From the NCBI GenBank assembly GCA_009842675.1, contig VYEX01000064.1:2155-66154 (forward strand): a stretch of DNA of 64,000 nucleotides, in the 5' to 3' direction. This DNA comes from Acidimicrobiia bacterium (lineage in GTDB: Bacteria; Actinomycetota; Acidimicrobiia; Acidimicrobiales; Bin134). A program made the translations under genes and the position numbers. The notes below the pieces were generated by a model. The model worked only from the letters and a program-made list of their open reading frames with translations, did not search any database and was not told the origin of the DNA. Positions 16,511-25,885 of the stretch are shown here, in pieces (within the stretch, counting starts at the first letter, position 1; every line of letters starts with the position of its first letter).

Positions 16511-17683
16511 ATGGTGAGCAGCCATCCATTCCGCGACAAGGCCGCCATCGCGGGAATCGGCATCACCGATTTGTCCAAGAACTCGGGGGTGAGCACCCTC
16601 ACGCTGGCGCTGCGGGCGATCATGGCTGCCATCGACGACGCCGGGCTCCGCCGGGAGGACATAGACGGAGTGGCCTGCCACCAGGTGCAGGACTCCATCA
16701 CCGCTTCCATCGTGGCCCAGTGCCTGGGGGTGGACGACCTGTCGTGGTTCTGCGACCAGTTCGGCGGCGGCTCCACCTCCCACTCCGTGGTGGGCCAAGC
16801 CGCCAACGCCGCGGCACTGGGACATGCCCGTCACATCGTGGTGTGGCGCTCGATCAACGCCCGATCCGAGCACCGCATGGGCGGCACCGGCCGCCCGCCT
16901 CCGGCCATTGTGGAGACCCAGTACCAGCACCCCATCGGCTGGGTGACCCCGCCGCAGTGGTATGCCATGTTCGCCCGCTCCCACATGAGCCGCTGGGGGA
17001 CAACCTCTGAGGATTTGGGGCGCATCGCCGTCCAGCAGCGGGCCAATGCCGCCCACAACGAGCGGGCCATGATGCGGGCCCCCATGACCATGGACGACTA
17101 TTTGGCTTCCCGGTGGATCGTGGAGCCGTTCCGGCTGTTCGACTGCTGCCTGGAGACCGACGCCGCTGCCGCGGTGGTGATCACCACCGCAGAGCGGGCC
17201 CGTGATCTGCGCCAGCCCCCGGCGCTGATATCGGGGATGACCTGGGGCGGCGGCCACATGATGCACAGCAACCGGGTGCAGGCCGACTGGACCACCTCGA
17301 TTGCCGCCAAGATGGCCCGGAGGCTGTACGACATGGCCGGGGTCGGCCCCGACGACGTTCAGTACGCGTCCCTCTATGATGCCTTCACCCACCTGGTGCT
17401 GGTCCAGGTGGAGGACTACGGGTTCGCCCCCAAGGGCGAGGCGGCGGCGTTCATTGCCGAGGGTGGAACCGCTCCCGGTGGCCGAATACCGGTGAACACC
17501 CACGGCGGATTTCTATCGGAAGGCTACGTCCACGGTCTCAACAACCTGCACGAGGCCGTCCGCCAGGTCCGGGGCGCCGCCGGGCGCTTTCAAGTGCCCG
17601 ATGCCGAGGTGGCCCTGTCCACCGGCCAGCCCGGCTATGTGGCCGGCAACTCCTCGGCCATCATCCTGCGCCGCGATAGCTGA
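16511..17683 (+). CDS. thiolase-like / SCP-x-type lipid-transfer protein
   Basis: MVSSHPFRDKAAIAGIGITDLSKNSG... with C-terminal NTHGGFLSEGYVHGLN. Typical of non-specific lipid-transfer thiolases that pair with DUF35. Confidence 0.75.
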   Translation: MVSSHPFRDKAAIAGIGITDLSKNSGVSTLTLALRAIMAAIDDAGLRREDIDGVACHQVQDSITASIVAQCLGVDDLSWFCDQFGGGSTSHSVVGQAANAAALGHARHIVVWRSINARSEHRMGGTGRPPPAIVETQYQHPIGWVTPPQWYAMFARSHMSRWGTTSEDLGRIAVQQRANAAHNERAMMRAPMTMDDYLASRWIVEPFRLFDCCLETDAAAAVVITTAERARDLRQPPALISGMTWGGGHMMHSNRVQADWTTSIAAKMARRLYDMAGVGPDDVQYASLYDAFTHLVLVQVEDYGFAPKGEAAAFIAEGGTAPGGRIPVNTHGGFLSEGYVHGLNNLHEAVRQVRGAAGRFQVPDAEVALSTGQPGYVAGNSSAIILRRDS

Positions 17684-18926
17684 CCGGCTTCTCTTGTTCC
17701 TGGCGAGCGGCATACCAGGCCGCGGCCGCCGCAGCCACCAGCAGCAGGGCGCTGAGCCCGGCCCAATGGCTCAGCGAGTGAAAGCCGATGTGTTCCATGG
17801 CCACGCCTGAGGACAAACCGGCGACCGCCCCACCACCGGTCATCAGCAAGTCGGCGCCTCCCTGCATCTCCACCCGTTGGGCTACTGGAAACGCGGCGGT
17901 GAGCAGCGCGCTCCCCGCGATCAGCCCGAAGCTCCAACCCAAGCCCACCAGCAGGAGGCCGGCGAACATCCCGGCGCTGTCTTCTGCGCTGTTGTGGGCG
18001 GCAGTCTCCGCGCCGATGCACAGGATCACCCCGCCCAGCGCCACCATCAGGTAGGGGCCGATTCGGTCGACCAGCCAGCCCACGATGGGCGAGAAGGCGA
18101 ACATGCCGATGACGTGGACCGAGATCACCCAGCCGATCACCCGGAGATGGTGATCCCCGTTGTCCATGTGCAGCGGGGTCATGGTCATCACCCCCACCAT
18201 CACCGCCTGTCCGGTGAGCATGGCGATCACCGCCAGCCGGGCCGCGGGCACGGTGGCGATTCGGCGCCCCACCACCCGCAGCGGTGCTGGCCGGGCGGCG
18301 GCTTGGCCCACCGTGCCCAGCACTTCCAGCGGGTCGGGACGCAGCCACACATGGGTGACCATGAGCCCGATGACGAAAAGGACCATTCCCAGCAGATACG
18401 GGCCCGACAGCTCCGGCAGCCCGAAGAACTCAGCCACCGCCGAAGCAGGACCCAGCGCGATGGTTGGCCCGAGAGCCGCGCCGAAAGTTGTCGACCACAC
18501 CAGCATCCCGATGGCCCGGGCTCGGCGATCATCGGGAGCTAGGTTGGCCGAGGCGAATCGGGCCGCCAAGTTGGTGGCGTTGCCCGCGCCGATGCCGATG
18601 ATCCCCACCACCAACAGCGGATAGAAGTCGGCCACCGCGGCCAAGAAGGCGAGGGTGGCACCGACCGTTCCTATCGACCACCCCGCCACCAATCCCCGGC
18701 GGCGGCCCAGGCGGGCCATCCGGCGAGCCAAGGGAACGGTCATCGCCACGCTTCCCACCTGCATCATGGCGGCGGCCACCCCGGCCAGCGTCTCGCTGTC
18801 GGTGATCTCCTTGGCCAGTACCGCGGCGGCCGCAAACCCCGAAGCCATGGCCGCCGAGGTGGGGACCACCGAGGCCATCAACGTCCGAGACGCCCGTTGA
18901 TAGGCGGCTGTTCGCTCTACCGTCAT
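17661..18926 (-). CDS. MFS transporter
   Basis: 421 aa, about 12 TM helices. Contains the ARRMARLGRRRG loop motif. Confidence 0.75.
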   Translation of the reverse strand: MTVERTAAYQRASRTLMASVVPTSAAMASGFAAAAVLAKEITDSETLAGVAAAMMQVGSVAMTVPLARRMARLGRRRGLVAGWSIGTVGATLAFLAAVADFYPLLVVGIIGIGAGNATNLAARFASANLAPDDRRARAIGMLVWSTTFGAALGPTIALGPASAVAEFFGLPELSGPYLLGMVLFVIGLMVTHVWLRPDPLEVLGTVGQAAARPAPLRVVGRRIATVPAARLAVIAMLTGQAVMVGVMTMTPLHMDNGDHHLRVIGWVISVHVIGMFAFSPIVGWLVDRIGPYLMVALGGVILCIGAETAAHNSAEDSAGMFAGLLLVGLGWSFGLIAGSALLTAAFPVAQRVEMQGGADLLMTGGGAVAGLSSGVAMEHIGFHSLSHWAGLSALLLVAAAAAAWYAARQEQEKPVSYRGAG

Positions 18927-19021
18927 ATCAGCGCAACTGGGTTCTTCAGCGTCCTAATGGGAGGGTCTCTCTTGGGAGTTTTTGCTTGGCTTCGGCTCAC
19001 TCTAGTGACAGTCTGGAGCCG

Positions 19022-19453
19022 ATGACCGCCGTTGACCGCCCGGCCGATCAGGCCCCCAAGCCCCGCCCTTATCCCGAGCGGGACTCGGCGCCGTGGTGGG
19101 AGCGCATCAACCAGCACCGCTTCGAGTTGCAGCGTTGCGACGGGTGCGGGGCCTGGCGGTGGCCCCCCCGAGTCATGTGCGGGCGATGTGCCTCCTTCGA
19201 ATTCACCTGGACCCCGCTGTCGGGCCGGGCCACGGTGGAGAGCTGGGTGGTGAACCACCATGCCTTCCTGCCGGGATTCGCCTCCCCCTACACCGTGGTG
19301 CTGGGCCGACTAGAGGAACAAGACGATCTGTGCCTGCCCGCCACCTGGCAAGGCGGCGATGAGCCTGTCGCCGGCCAGCCCATCGAAGTGGCCTTTGAAG
19401 ACCACGTCGACGATGAAGGCCCCTTCACCCTCCTCGCCTGGCGCCCAGCTTGA
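19022..19453 (+). CDS. Zn-ribbon OB-fold protein (DUF35 family)
   Basis: WWERINQHRFELQRCDGCGAWRWPPRVMCGRCASFEFTW. The internal ATG of track ORF 18986..19453 was used as the start. Confidence 0.75.
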   Translation: MTAVDRPADQAPKPRPYPERDSAPWWERINQHRFELQRCDGCGAWRWPPRVMCGRCASFEFTWTPLSGRATVESWVVNHHAFLPGFASPYTVVLGRLEEQDDLCLPATWQGGDEPVAGQPIEVAFEDHVDDEGPFTLLAWRPA

Positions 19454-19549
19454 GCTTCAGAGGCGCAAAGGCTTGCCGTTCGGGGTGACCTAAGCGGGGG
19501 CGGTTGTACTAGATTTCTCGCGGACCCGGAAGACGACTAGGGAGATGCC

Positions 19550-20011
19550 GTGGAAGTAACGGTCACCATAAATGGGGACAGCCACACCCACGATGTAGAG
19601 CCGCGCACGCTGCTGGTTCACTACATCCGCGACGTGGTTGGCCTCACCGGCACCAACATCGGGTGCGACACCTCCTCGTGCGGCGCCTGCACCATTCATG
19701 TGAACGGCGAGTCGGTGAAGTCCTGCACCATGCTGGCTGTGCAGGCCGACGGGCAGGACCTCTTGACTATCGAGGGACTGGCCGACGGCGACGTACTCCA
19801 CCCCATGCAGGAGTCGTTCCGCCAGTGCCACGCTCTCCAGTGCGGCTATTGCACGCCGGGCATGGTCATGGCCGCCGTCTCGCTGCTGGATGAGAATCCC
19901 GATCCCACCGAGCGGGAAGTCCGCATCGGGCTCGAGGGCAACCTCTGCCGCTGCACCGGGTACCACAACATCGTCAAAGCTGTTCTGCACTGCGCGGAGG
20001 CCTCGTCATGA
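19550..20011 (+). CDS. [2Fe-2S]-binding small subunit of a molybdenum hydroxylase (CoxS/CutS type)
   Basis: [10 protein letters not shown] and CGYCTPG...CRCTGY iron-sulfur motifs. GTG start. Confidence 0.9.
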   Translation: MEVTVTINGDSHTHDVEPRTLLVHYIRDVVGLTGTNIGCDTSSCGACTIHVNGESVKSCTMLAVQADGQDLLTIEGLADGDVLHPMQESFRQCHALQCGYCTPGMVMAAVSLLDENPDPTEREVRIGLEGNLCRCTGYHNIVKAVLHCAEASS

Positions 20012-20832
20012 TTCCTGCGGCATTCGACTACATCCGGGCCGGATCGGCCGACGAAGCGCTGGCCGCGCTGGCCGAGCACGGCGACGAGGCCAAGCTGCTG
20101 GCCGGGGGTCATTCCCTGCTGCCGCTGATGAAGCTGCGGCTGGCCACCCCCGCGGTTCTGGTGGACATCGGCCGCCTCGACGACCTCAGCTACATCAACG
20201 ACGCCGGCGACCATCTGGCCATCGGCGCCCTTACCCGCCATCGCGACGTGGAGACCAGCGAGCTGGTGCAGTCGCAGGCCGGGCTGCTGGCCGAGGCCAC
20301 CAGCCACGTGGGCGATCCTCAGGTGCGCCACCGGGGCACCATCGGCGGCTCCATCGCCCACGGCGATCCCGCATCCGACCTGCCGTCAGTGATGCTGGCC
20401 ATGCGGGCCACCCTGGTGGCTCGGGGACCGGGCGGCGAGCGGGAGATCGCGGTGGACGACTTCTTCACCGGTTTCTTGGAGACCGCTCTGGGCGACGACG
20501 AACTGCTCACCGAGATTCGGGTGCCCAAGATGCCCGATGCCACATGGGGCTTCCAGAAGTTCAACCGCCGGGCCCAGGACTGGGCCATCGTGGGCGTGTC
20601 GGCCATCGTCGACAACGGCAGCGCCGGCGTGGGGCTGGTGAACATGGACAGCACTCCGGTCCGGGCTGCTGGTGTGGAGGCCGCCCTGTCTGGGGGAGCG
20701 TCGGCCGCCGACGCGGCCGAATCGGCCGCTGAGGGCACCAACCCGCCATCTGACCTGAACGCCGGCCCCGAGTACCGGGAGCATCTCGCCCGGGTGCTCA
20801 CCCGCCGGGCGCTCGAAGCCGCTGGACGCTAA
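20008..20832 (+). CDS. FAD-binding medium subunit of a molybdenum hydroxylase (CoxM/CutM type)
   Basis: [21 protein letters not shown]...[15 protein letters not shown]. Overlaps the upstream stop. Confidence 0.9.
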   Translation: MIPAAFDYIRAGSADEALAALAEHGDEAKLLAGGHSLLPLMKLRLATPAVLVDIGRLDDLSYINDAGDHLAIGALTRHRDVETSELVQSQAGLLAEATSHVGDPQVRHRGTIGGSIAHGDPASDLPSVMLAMRATLVARGPGGEREIAVDDFFTGFLETALGDDELLTEIRVPKMPDATWGFQKFNRRAQDWAIVGVSAIVDNGSAGVGLVNMDSTPVRAAGVEAALSGGASAADAAESAAEGTNPPSDLNAGPEYREHLARVLTRRALEAAGR

Positions 20833-20842
20833 CGCCCAGCCC

Positions 20843-21757
20843 TTGGGCCCTCAGCCCTCATCGGCTGCCGAGGTGGCCGACGGGCTAAAGGGCTGTGACT
20901 ACCTGGCCGACGAGGGGTTGGCCACGGCCGTGTTCTTGGCCATGACCTTGAACCGCCCCCTGCTCCTCGAGGGCGAGCCCGGCGTGGGCAAGACCGAGAC
21001 GGCCAACGCCTTGGCCGTGTGGACCGGCGGAGAGCTGATACGCCTCCAGTGCTACGAGGGCATCGATGTGGCCCAGGCGGTGTACGAGTGGGACTACTCC
21101 CGCCAGCTCCTACACCTGCGCACGGCGGAAGCTACCGGGGGAGCCACCCGAGAGATGGCCGACGCCCTGGAAGACGAGCTGTACTCCGAGCGTTTTTTGA
21201 TCAGGCGCCCCCTGCTGCGGGCCATCGCGGCCTCCGAAGGGCCGCCGCCGGTGCTGTTGATTGACGAGGTCGACCGGGCCGATGACGAGTTCGAGGCCTT
21301 TCTGCTGGAGATCCTGTCCGACTATGCGGTGACCGTGCCCGAGATCGGCCGGTTCGCGGCCGTCACGCCGCCTCGGGTCATCATCACCTCCAATCGCACC
21401 CGCGACGTTCACGACGCCCTCAAGCGGCGCTGTCTGTACCACTGGGTGGAGCACCCCAGCTTCGAGCGGGAGGTGGCCATCATCGGCCGCCGGGCCCCCG
21501 GAGTGAGCGAGTTGCTGGCCCGCCAGGTGGCTGCCGCGGTGGCCGCATTCCGGGAGCTGGGCCTGTACAAGCCCCCCGGTGTGGCCGAGAGCATCGATTG
21601 GAGCCTGGCGCTGGGCCGACTCGGGGCCGCCGAGCTGAGCCCTGAGATTACCCAGGCCAGCCTGGGATCGGTGCTCAAGTACCGGGAAGACCAGCAGCGG
21701 GTAGTCGACCAGGGCATTGGTGGCCTGATCGAACAGGCCATCGCCCGTGCAGGTTGA
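20843..21757 (+). CDS. MoxR-like AAA+ ATPase (CoxD type)
   Basis: Walker A GEPGVGKT and Walker B LLIDEVDR. Confidence 0.85.
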   Translation: MGPQPSSAAEVADGLKGCDYLADEGLATAVFLAMTLNRPLLLEGEPGVGKTETANALAVWTGGELIRLQCYEGIDVAQAVYEWDYSRQLLHLRTAEATGGATREMADALEDELYSERFLIRRPLLRAIAASEGPPPVLLIDEVDRADDEFEAFLLEILSDYAVTVPEIGRFAAVTPPRVIITSNRTRDVHDALKRRCLYHWVEHPSFEREVAIIGRRAPGVSELLARQVAAAVAAFRELGLYKPPGVAESIDWSLALGRLGAAELSPEITQASLGSVLKYREDQQRVVDQGIGGLIEQAIARAG

Positions 21758-22904
21758 CGAGATTGCGGTTGGATTCGTAAATGCGCTGAGAGGCGCGGGC
21801 ATCGACGTGGCCGTGGGGTCGTCGGTGAACTACTACCAGGCGCTCAGCGCGGTGGGCGTGGAGCAGCGCAGCTCGGTGTACTGGGCTGGCCGGGCCACCC
21901 TGGTCACCGAACCCGACGACATTGAGCTCTACGACAAGATCTTCGACGCCTACTACGGCGGACAGCAGCTGGTGGCCACCCCGGTGATGGAAGTGACCCA
22001 GCCCATCACCCTGGTGGTGGACGACGACGGGGACGACGAGACTGAAGGCGACGGGGACGACGAAGACCCCGGCGATCCCACTCTCACGCTGCGGTGGAGC
22101 CGCCACGAGGTGCTGCGCGACAAAGACTTCGCCGATTACGACGACGACGAGCTCGACGAGGCCCACCGGCTCATGGCCGCCATGGCCCGTATTGGCGGCA
22201 CCCGTCGGTCTCGCCGCCGACGCCGCACTCACCGCACCGCTGGGCACCCCGAGCTGCGGCGCACGGTGCGGGCCGCCATCCGCAGCGGCGGAGAGCCGGT
22301 GCGGCGCTGGTACACCGAGCCGGGTGAGCGGCTACGGCGGGTGGTTCTGCTGCTGGACATATCGGGGTCGATGGAGTCGTACGCACGAGCGCTCATCCGC
22401 TTCGTCCATGCCGCGGTGGTGGGTCGGCGCCGAGTGGAGGTGTTCACCATCGGCACCCGGCTGACCCGCATTACCCGTGAGCTTTCGTCGCGAGACCCCG
22501 ACCGGGCGCTGGGTGCGGCCACCGACGCAGTGAGCGACTGGTCGGGGGGCACCCGTCTGGGCGACACCCTGGCCGAGTTCAACGAGCTGTGGGGTATCCG
22601 GGGCATGGCCCGGGGAGCAACCGTGGTCATATTGAGCGACGGCTGGGACAGGGGCAGCCCCGAAGTGATGGCCGAGCAGATGGCCCGATTGCACCGGGTG
22701 ACCCATAGACTCGTATGGGTGAATCCGCTGAAGGCCACCCCGGGCTACCAGCCCCTGGCCCAGGGCATGGCCGCCGCCTTGCCCCATGTGGACGACTTCA
22801 TCGAAGGCCATTCGCTGCAATCGTTGGATCGCCTCGCTGAGGTGCTGGCCGACGACCGGTCTCCGGCCGATGCTCGCCTCATGATTGGAGCAGGCGCAGA
22901 ATGA
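21747..22904 (+). CDS. VWA domain protein (CoxE type)
   Basis: MIDAS motif LLLDISGSM. Acidic N-terminal half. Confidence 0.8.
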   Translation: MQVDEIAVGFVNALRGAGIDVAVGSSVNYYQALSAVGVEQRSSVYWAGRATLVTEPDDIELYDKIFDAYYGGQQLVATPVMEVTQPITLVVDDDGDDETEGDGDDEDPGDPTLTLRWSRHEVLRDKDFADYDDDELDEAHRLMAAMARIGGTRRSRRRRRTHRTAGHPELRRTVRAAIRSGGEPVRRWYTEPGERLRRVVLLLDISGSMESYARALIRFVHAAVVGRRRVEVFTIGTRLTRITRELSSRDPDRALGAATDAVSDWSGGTRLGDTLAEFNELWGIRGMARGATVVILSDGWDRGSPEVMAEQMARLHRVTHRLVWVNPLKATPGYQPLAQGMAAALPHVDDFIEGHSLQSLDRLAEVLADDRSPADARLMIGAGAE

Positions 22905-23215
22905 AAGAAATCCTTTCGGATTTGGACGCTTGGCGGGCCGAAGGCCGACAGGTGGCGCTGGCCCGGGTGGTCAACGTGGAGGGCTCCGGCCCCCGTGACC
23001 CCGGTGCGGCCATGGCGGTCAGCGACAACGGCGACGTGATCGGATCGGTATCGGGCGGATGCGTGGAGGGCGCAGTAGTAGTTGAGGCCCTCGACATCTT
23101 GGAGAGCGGTGAGCGGCGCATGGTCAGCTTCGGCTATAGCGACGACGAGGCATTCGCAGTGGGCCTCACCTGCGGGGGCACGATCCACCTGTTCATCGAA
23201 CCGCTGGACTGGTAG
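22901..23215 (+). CDS. XdhC/CoxI-family N-terminal-domain protein (short form)
   Basis: 104 aa. LARVVNVEGSGPRDPGAAMAV...GSVSGGCVE. Confidence 0.75.
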   Translation: MKEILSDLDAWRAEGRQVALARVVNVEGSGPRDPGAAMAVSDNGDVIGSVSGGCVEGAVVVEALDILESGERRMVSFGYSDDEAFAVGLTCGGTIHLFIEPLDW

Positions 23216-23217
23216 CG

Positions 23218-24018
23218 GTGTCCGAACTCTACGAGCGGCTGCGAGAAGCCATCGTCGACGAGCGGCCAGTGGCACTGGCCACCGTCATCGAGGGCCACAA
23301 CGCCGGGGCCAAACTGGTGGTGGAGCCCGACGGCGACATCATCGGCACCCTGGGCCATGCTGAGCTGGACCGAATCGTGAGTCGAGACGCAGTGGGGGAG
23401 CTGGCTGCCGGTCGCACCGGGGTGCGCCACTACGGTGCCGAGGGCCAGGCCCGAGAGACCGACGTATCGGTGTTCATCGAGTCGTTCTCGCCGCCGCCGA
23501 TCATGCTCGTCTTCGGGGCGGTGGACTTCACCGCAGCGCTGGCTCGGGCTGGCAAGCTGCTGGGGTTCAACGTGATCGTGGCCGACGCCCGCTCGGTTTT
23601 CGCCACCGTCAAGCGGTTCCCCATGGCCGATCGGGTGATGGTGGCCTGGCCCGACGAGGTGTTCGATGCCTACGGCGACCGGCTCGGCCCCCACGATGCG
23701 GTGTGCATCCTCACTCACGATCCCAAATTCGACGTGCCCGCCGTGCAGCGGGCGGTGGCCACCGATGTGGGCTACATAGGAGTCATGGGGAGCCGCCGCA
23801 CCCACGCCACCCGCCTGGAGCGGTTGCACGAGGTGGGAGTAGATCAGAAGGGCATCGACCGGCTCATGGCCCCCATTGGTTTGGACATCGGCTCCCGCAC
23901 GCCCGAAGAGACCGCCGTTTCGGTGTGCGCGGAGATCATCGCCAACCGCACCGGCCACGCCGCTCCTTCGCTGCGCGACAGCGAAGGCCCCATCCATCGC
24001 CCACCGGCTGAGGGATGA
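23218..24018 (+). CDS. XdhC/CoxI-family molybdenum cofactor insertion chaperone (full length)
   Basis: 266 aa. N-terminal XdhC domain plus Rossmann-like LVFGAVDFTAALARAGKLLGF. Confidence 0.8.
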   Translation: MSELYERLREAIVDERPVALATVIEGHNAGAKLVVEPDGDIIGTLGHAELDRIVSRDAVGELAAGRTGVRHYGAEGQARETDVSVFIESFSPPPIMLVFGAVDFTAALARAGKLLGFNVIVADARSVFATVKRFPMADRVMVAWPDEVFDAYGDRLGPHDAVCILTHDPKFDVPAVQRAVATDVGYIGVMGSRRTHATRLERLHEVGVDQKGIDRLMAPIGLDIGSRTPEETAVSVCAEIIANRTGHAAPSLRDSEGPIHRPPAEG

Positions 24019-25331
24019 GGCGCCTCGCCCCGCTGCTGGCGGCGGCGCTGGTGCTCTCGTCCTGTGGCAGCTCCGAACCGGTAGCCGATCCCACCGCGGC
24101 ACCGGTATCGCCCACGGCCACCGCGGTTGTCGATGCGACCGAGGCGCCCGACCCAACCGCGGCGTCCATTCCGGTATCCACTGAGGCGGATTCCACCACT
24201 CCCGCAGCCACACCGGCTCCGATTCCTGCCCTGCCCACACCCCAAGTGATCACCGGAGGCGAAGGGCCCACTGGGGATCTGCTCTACGTGTCGCGTGATT
24301 GGGCCACCGATTGGTCCACTCGCACCATCGACCTCGATGAGCTGCGCATCGGCATCCAGGTGATCCCCATCCGCGACCGCATACCGCCCATCGACAACCC
24401 CGAATTCTCCCCGGCATCGGAGGCTGGGTGGTCGGATCCCGAACCTGGCCTGCTGCTGGTGATGGGGGACCTCGCCCGCTTCTATCCGTTGGCCATGCTC
24501 ATCGTCCATGAGATCGTCAACGACGAGATTGAGGGCCGTCCGGTGCTGGTCACCTACTGCCCACTGTGCAACAGCGCTTTGGTGTTCGATCCGGTGGTCG
24601 ACGGCCAGCGCTTGCGATTCGGCACCTCGGGGCTGCTGCGCAACAGCGACCTGGTGATGTGGGACGACGCCACCGAGTCGCTGTGGCAGCAGATCGGTGG
24701 CGAGGGATTGGTGGGGACCTACGCCGGCCTTCGCCTGGACGTCATCCCGTCGGCCATCGTGTCGTGGGGCGACTTCAAGACCGGCTATCCCGATGGGGTG
24801 GTATTGGTACCGCCCGGCCACCCGGCCAGCAGCTACGGCCGCAATCCCTATGTGCAGTACACCTCCCGGACGTCGCCTTACCCCCGGTTCTTCGACTCCA
24901 CCATTCTGGACGACCGCTATCCCGCCCTGGCGCGCACCGTCGGGGTGACGGTAGACGGCCACAACAAGGCCTACCCGTTCAGCGTTGTGCAGGACAATGG
25001 AGCGGTGAACGACACCGTGGCCGGGGTCCCGGTGGTGGTGCTGTGGTCGCCGGGCACCGCCGATGCGCTGGATTCCCCGATTACCGCCGAAGGGGTGGAT
25101 GTGGGAGCGGCGCTGGCCTTCGACCGGCGGGTGGACGGGGAGCCGTTGGAGTTCACCCCGGTTGGCGATGGCCGATTCACCGACGACCGCACCGGGTCGA
25201 CCTGGAATGTGCTCGGACAAGCGGTCGACGGTGAACTAAATGGCGCCCGGCTCGAGCCGGTGGTGCACACAAACGAGTTCTGGTTCGCCTGGGCTGCGTT
25301 CCACCCCAATGGCGAGGTATTCGGGCCGTGA
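24015..25331 (+). CDS. DUF3179-family lipoprotein
   Basis: Lipobox VLSSC. YCPLCNSALVFD...GTSGLLRNSDLVMWD signature. Start and stop overlap both neighbours. Confidence 0.7.
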   Translation: MRRLAPLLAAALVLSSCGSSEPVADPTAAPVSPTATAVVDATEAPDPTAASIPVSTEADSTTPAATPAPIPALPTPQVITGGEGPTGDLLYVSRDWATDWSTRTIDLDELRIGIQVIPIRDRIPPIDNPEFSPASEAGWSDPEPGLLLVMGDLARFYPLAMLIVHEIVNDEIEGRPVLVTYCPLCNSALVFDPVVDGQRLRFGTSGLLRNSDLVMWDDATESLWQQIGGEGLVGTYAGLRLDVIPSAIVSWGDFKTGYPDGVVLVPPGHPASSYGRNPYVQYTSRTSPYPRFFDSTILDDRYPALARTVGVTVDGHNKAYPFSVVQDNGAVNDTVAGVPVVVLWSPGTADALDSPITAEGVDVGAALAFDRRVDGEPLEFTPVGDGRFTDDRTGSTWNVLGQAVDGELNGARLEPVVHTNEFWFAWAAFHPNGEVFGP

Positions 25332-25885
25332 CCGTTGCCGCAATTTTGCTGGGCGCAGGCGCCGGAACCCGGTTCGGAGGCGACACCCACAAGCTGCGAG
25401 CCCCGTTTCGGGGGCTGACCGTGGTCCAGCACGCCCTGGGCGCCGCGCTGGAGGCCGGGCTCGATGAGGTGTACATCGTGACCGGGGCGGTGGAGCTGCG
25501 CGACCTCATCCCCGACGGCGTGGTGTTGGTGGAAAACCACTCCTGGGAACTGGGCCAGGCCACTTCGCTGCGGGCCGGGGTGTTCACCGCCGAGAACGAC
25601 GGCCACGACGCGGTGGTGATCGGGCTGGGTGACCAGCCCTTGGTGGGCGCCGAGTCTTGGCGGATGGTTGCCGAGGCCGAGGGCGACTTGGTGACCGCCG
25701 TTTACAAGGGCCGCCGCAGCCCTCCGGTGAAGCTGGGAGCGGCGGTCTGGCCGCTGCTGCCCACCAGCGGGGATGTCGGGGCCAGAATGCTCATGCAAAT
25801 GAGGCCTGAGCAGGTTACGGAAGTATCCTGTCCCGGAGAGCCGGTCGATTTTGACACTTTGGAGGATCTGCAAGCATGGAAATGA
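25328..25885 (+). CDS. MobA/MocA-like nucleotidyltransferase (molybdenum cofactor cytidylyl/guanylyl-transferase)
   Basis: AAILLGAGAGTRFGG N-terminal motif. GTG start. Confidence 0.75.
   Translation: MTVAAILLGAGAGTRFGGDTHKLRAPFRGLTVVQHALGAALEAGLDEVYIVTGAVELRDLIPDGVVLVENHSWELGQATSLRAGVFTAENDGHDAVVIGLGDQPLVGAESWRMVAEAEGDLVTAVYKGRRSPPVKLGAAVWPLLPTSGDVGARMLMQMRPEQVTEVSCPGEPVDFDTLEDLQAWK

Noticed and set aside
15680-17503. 607-aa minus-strand ORF taken at face value.
   Set aside because: Only the C-terminal 254 aa (from the ATG at 16444) look like a real protein. The upstream 350 aa run antisense to the well-supported thiolase-like gene and are Gly/His/Arg/Pro-rich.
23134-25220. Two long minus-strand ORFs (368 aa and 458 aa) across the xdhC/DUF3179 region.
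   Set aside because: They are shadow ORFs antisense to genes with clear family motifs. Their composition is Arg/Gly/Pro/His-rich.
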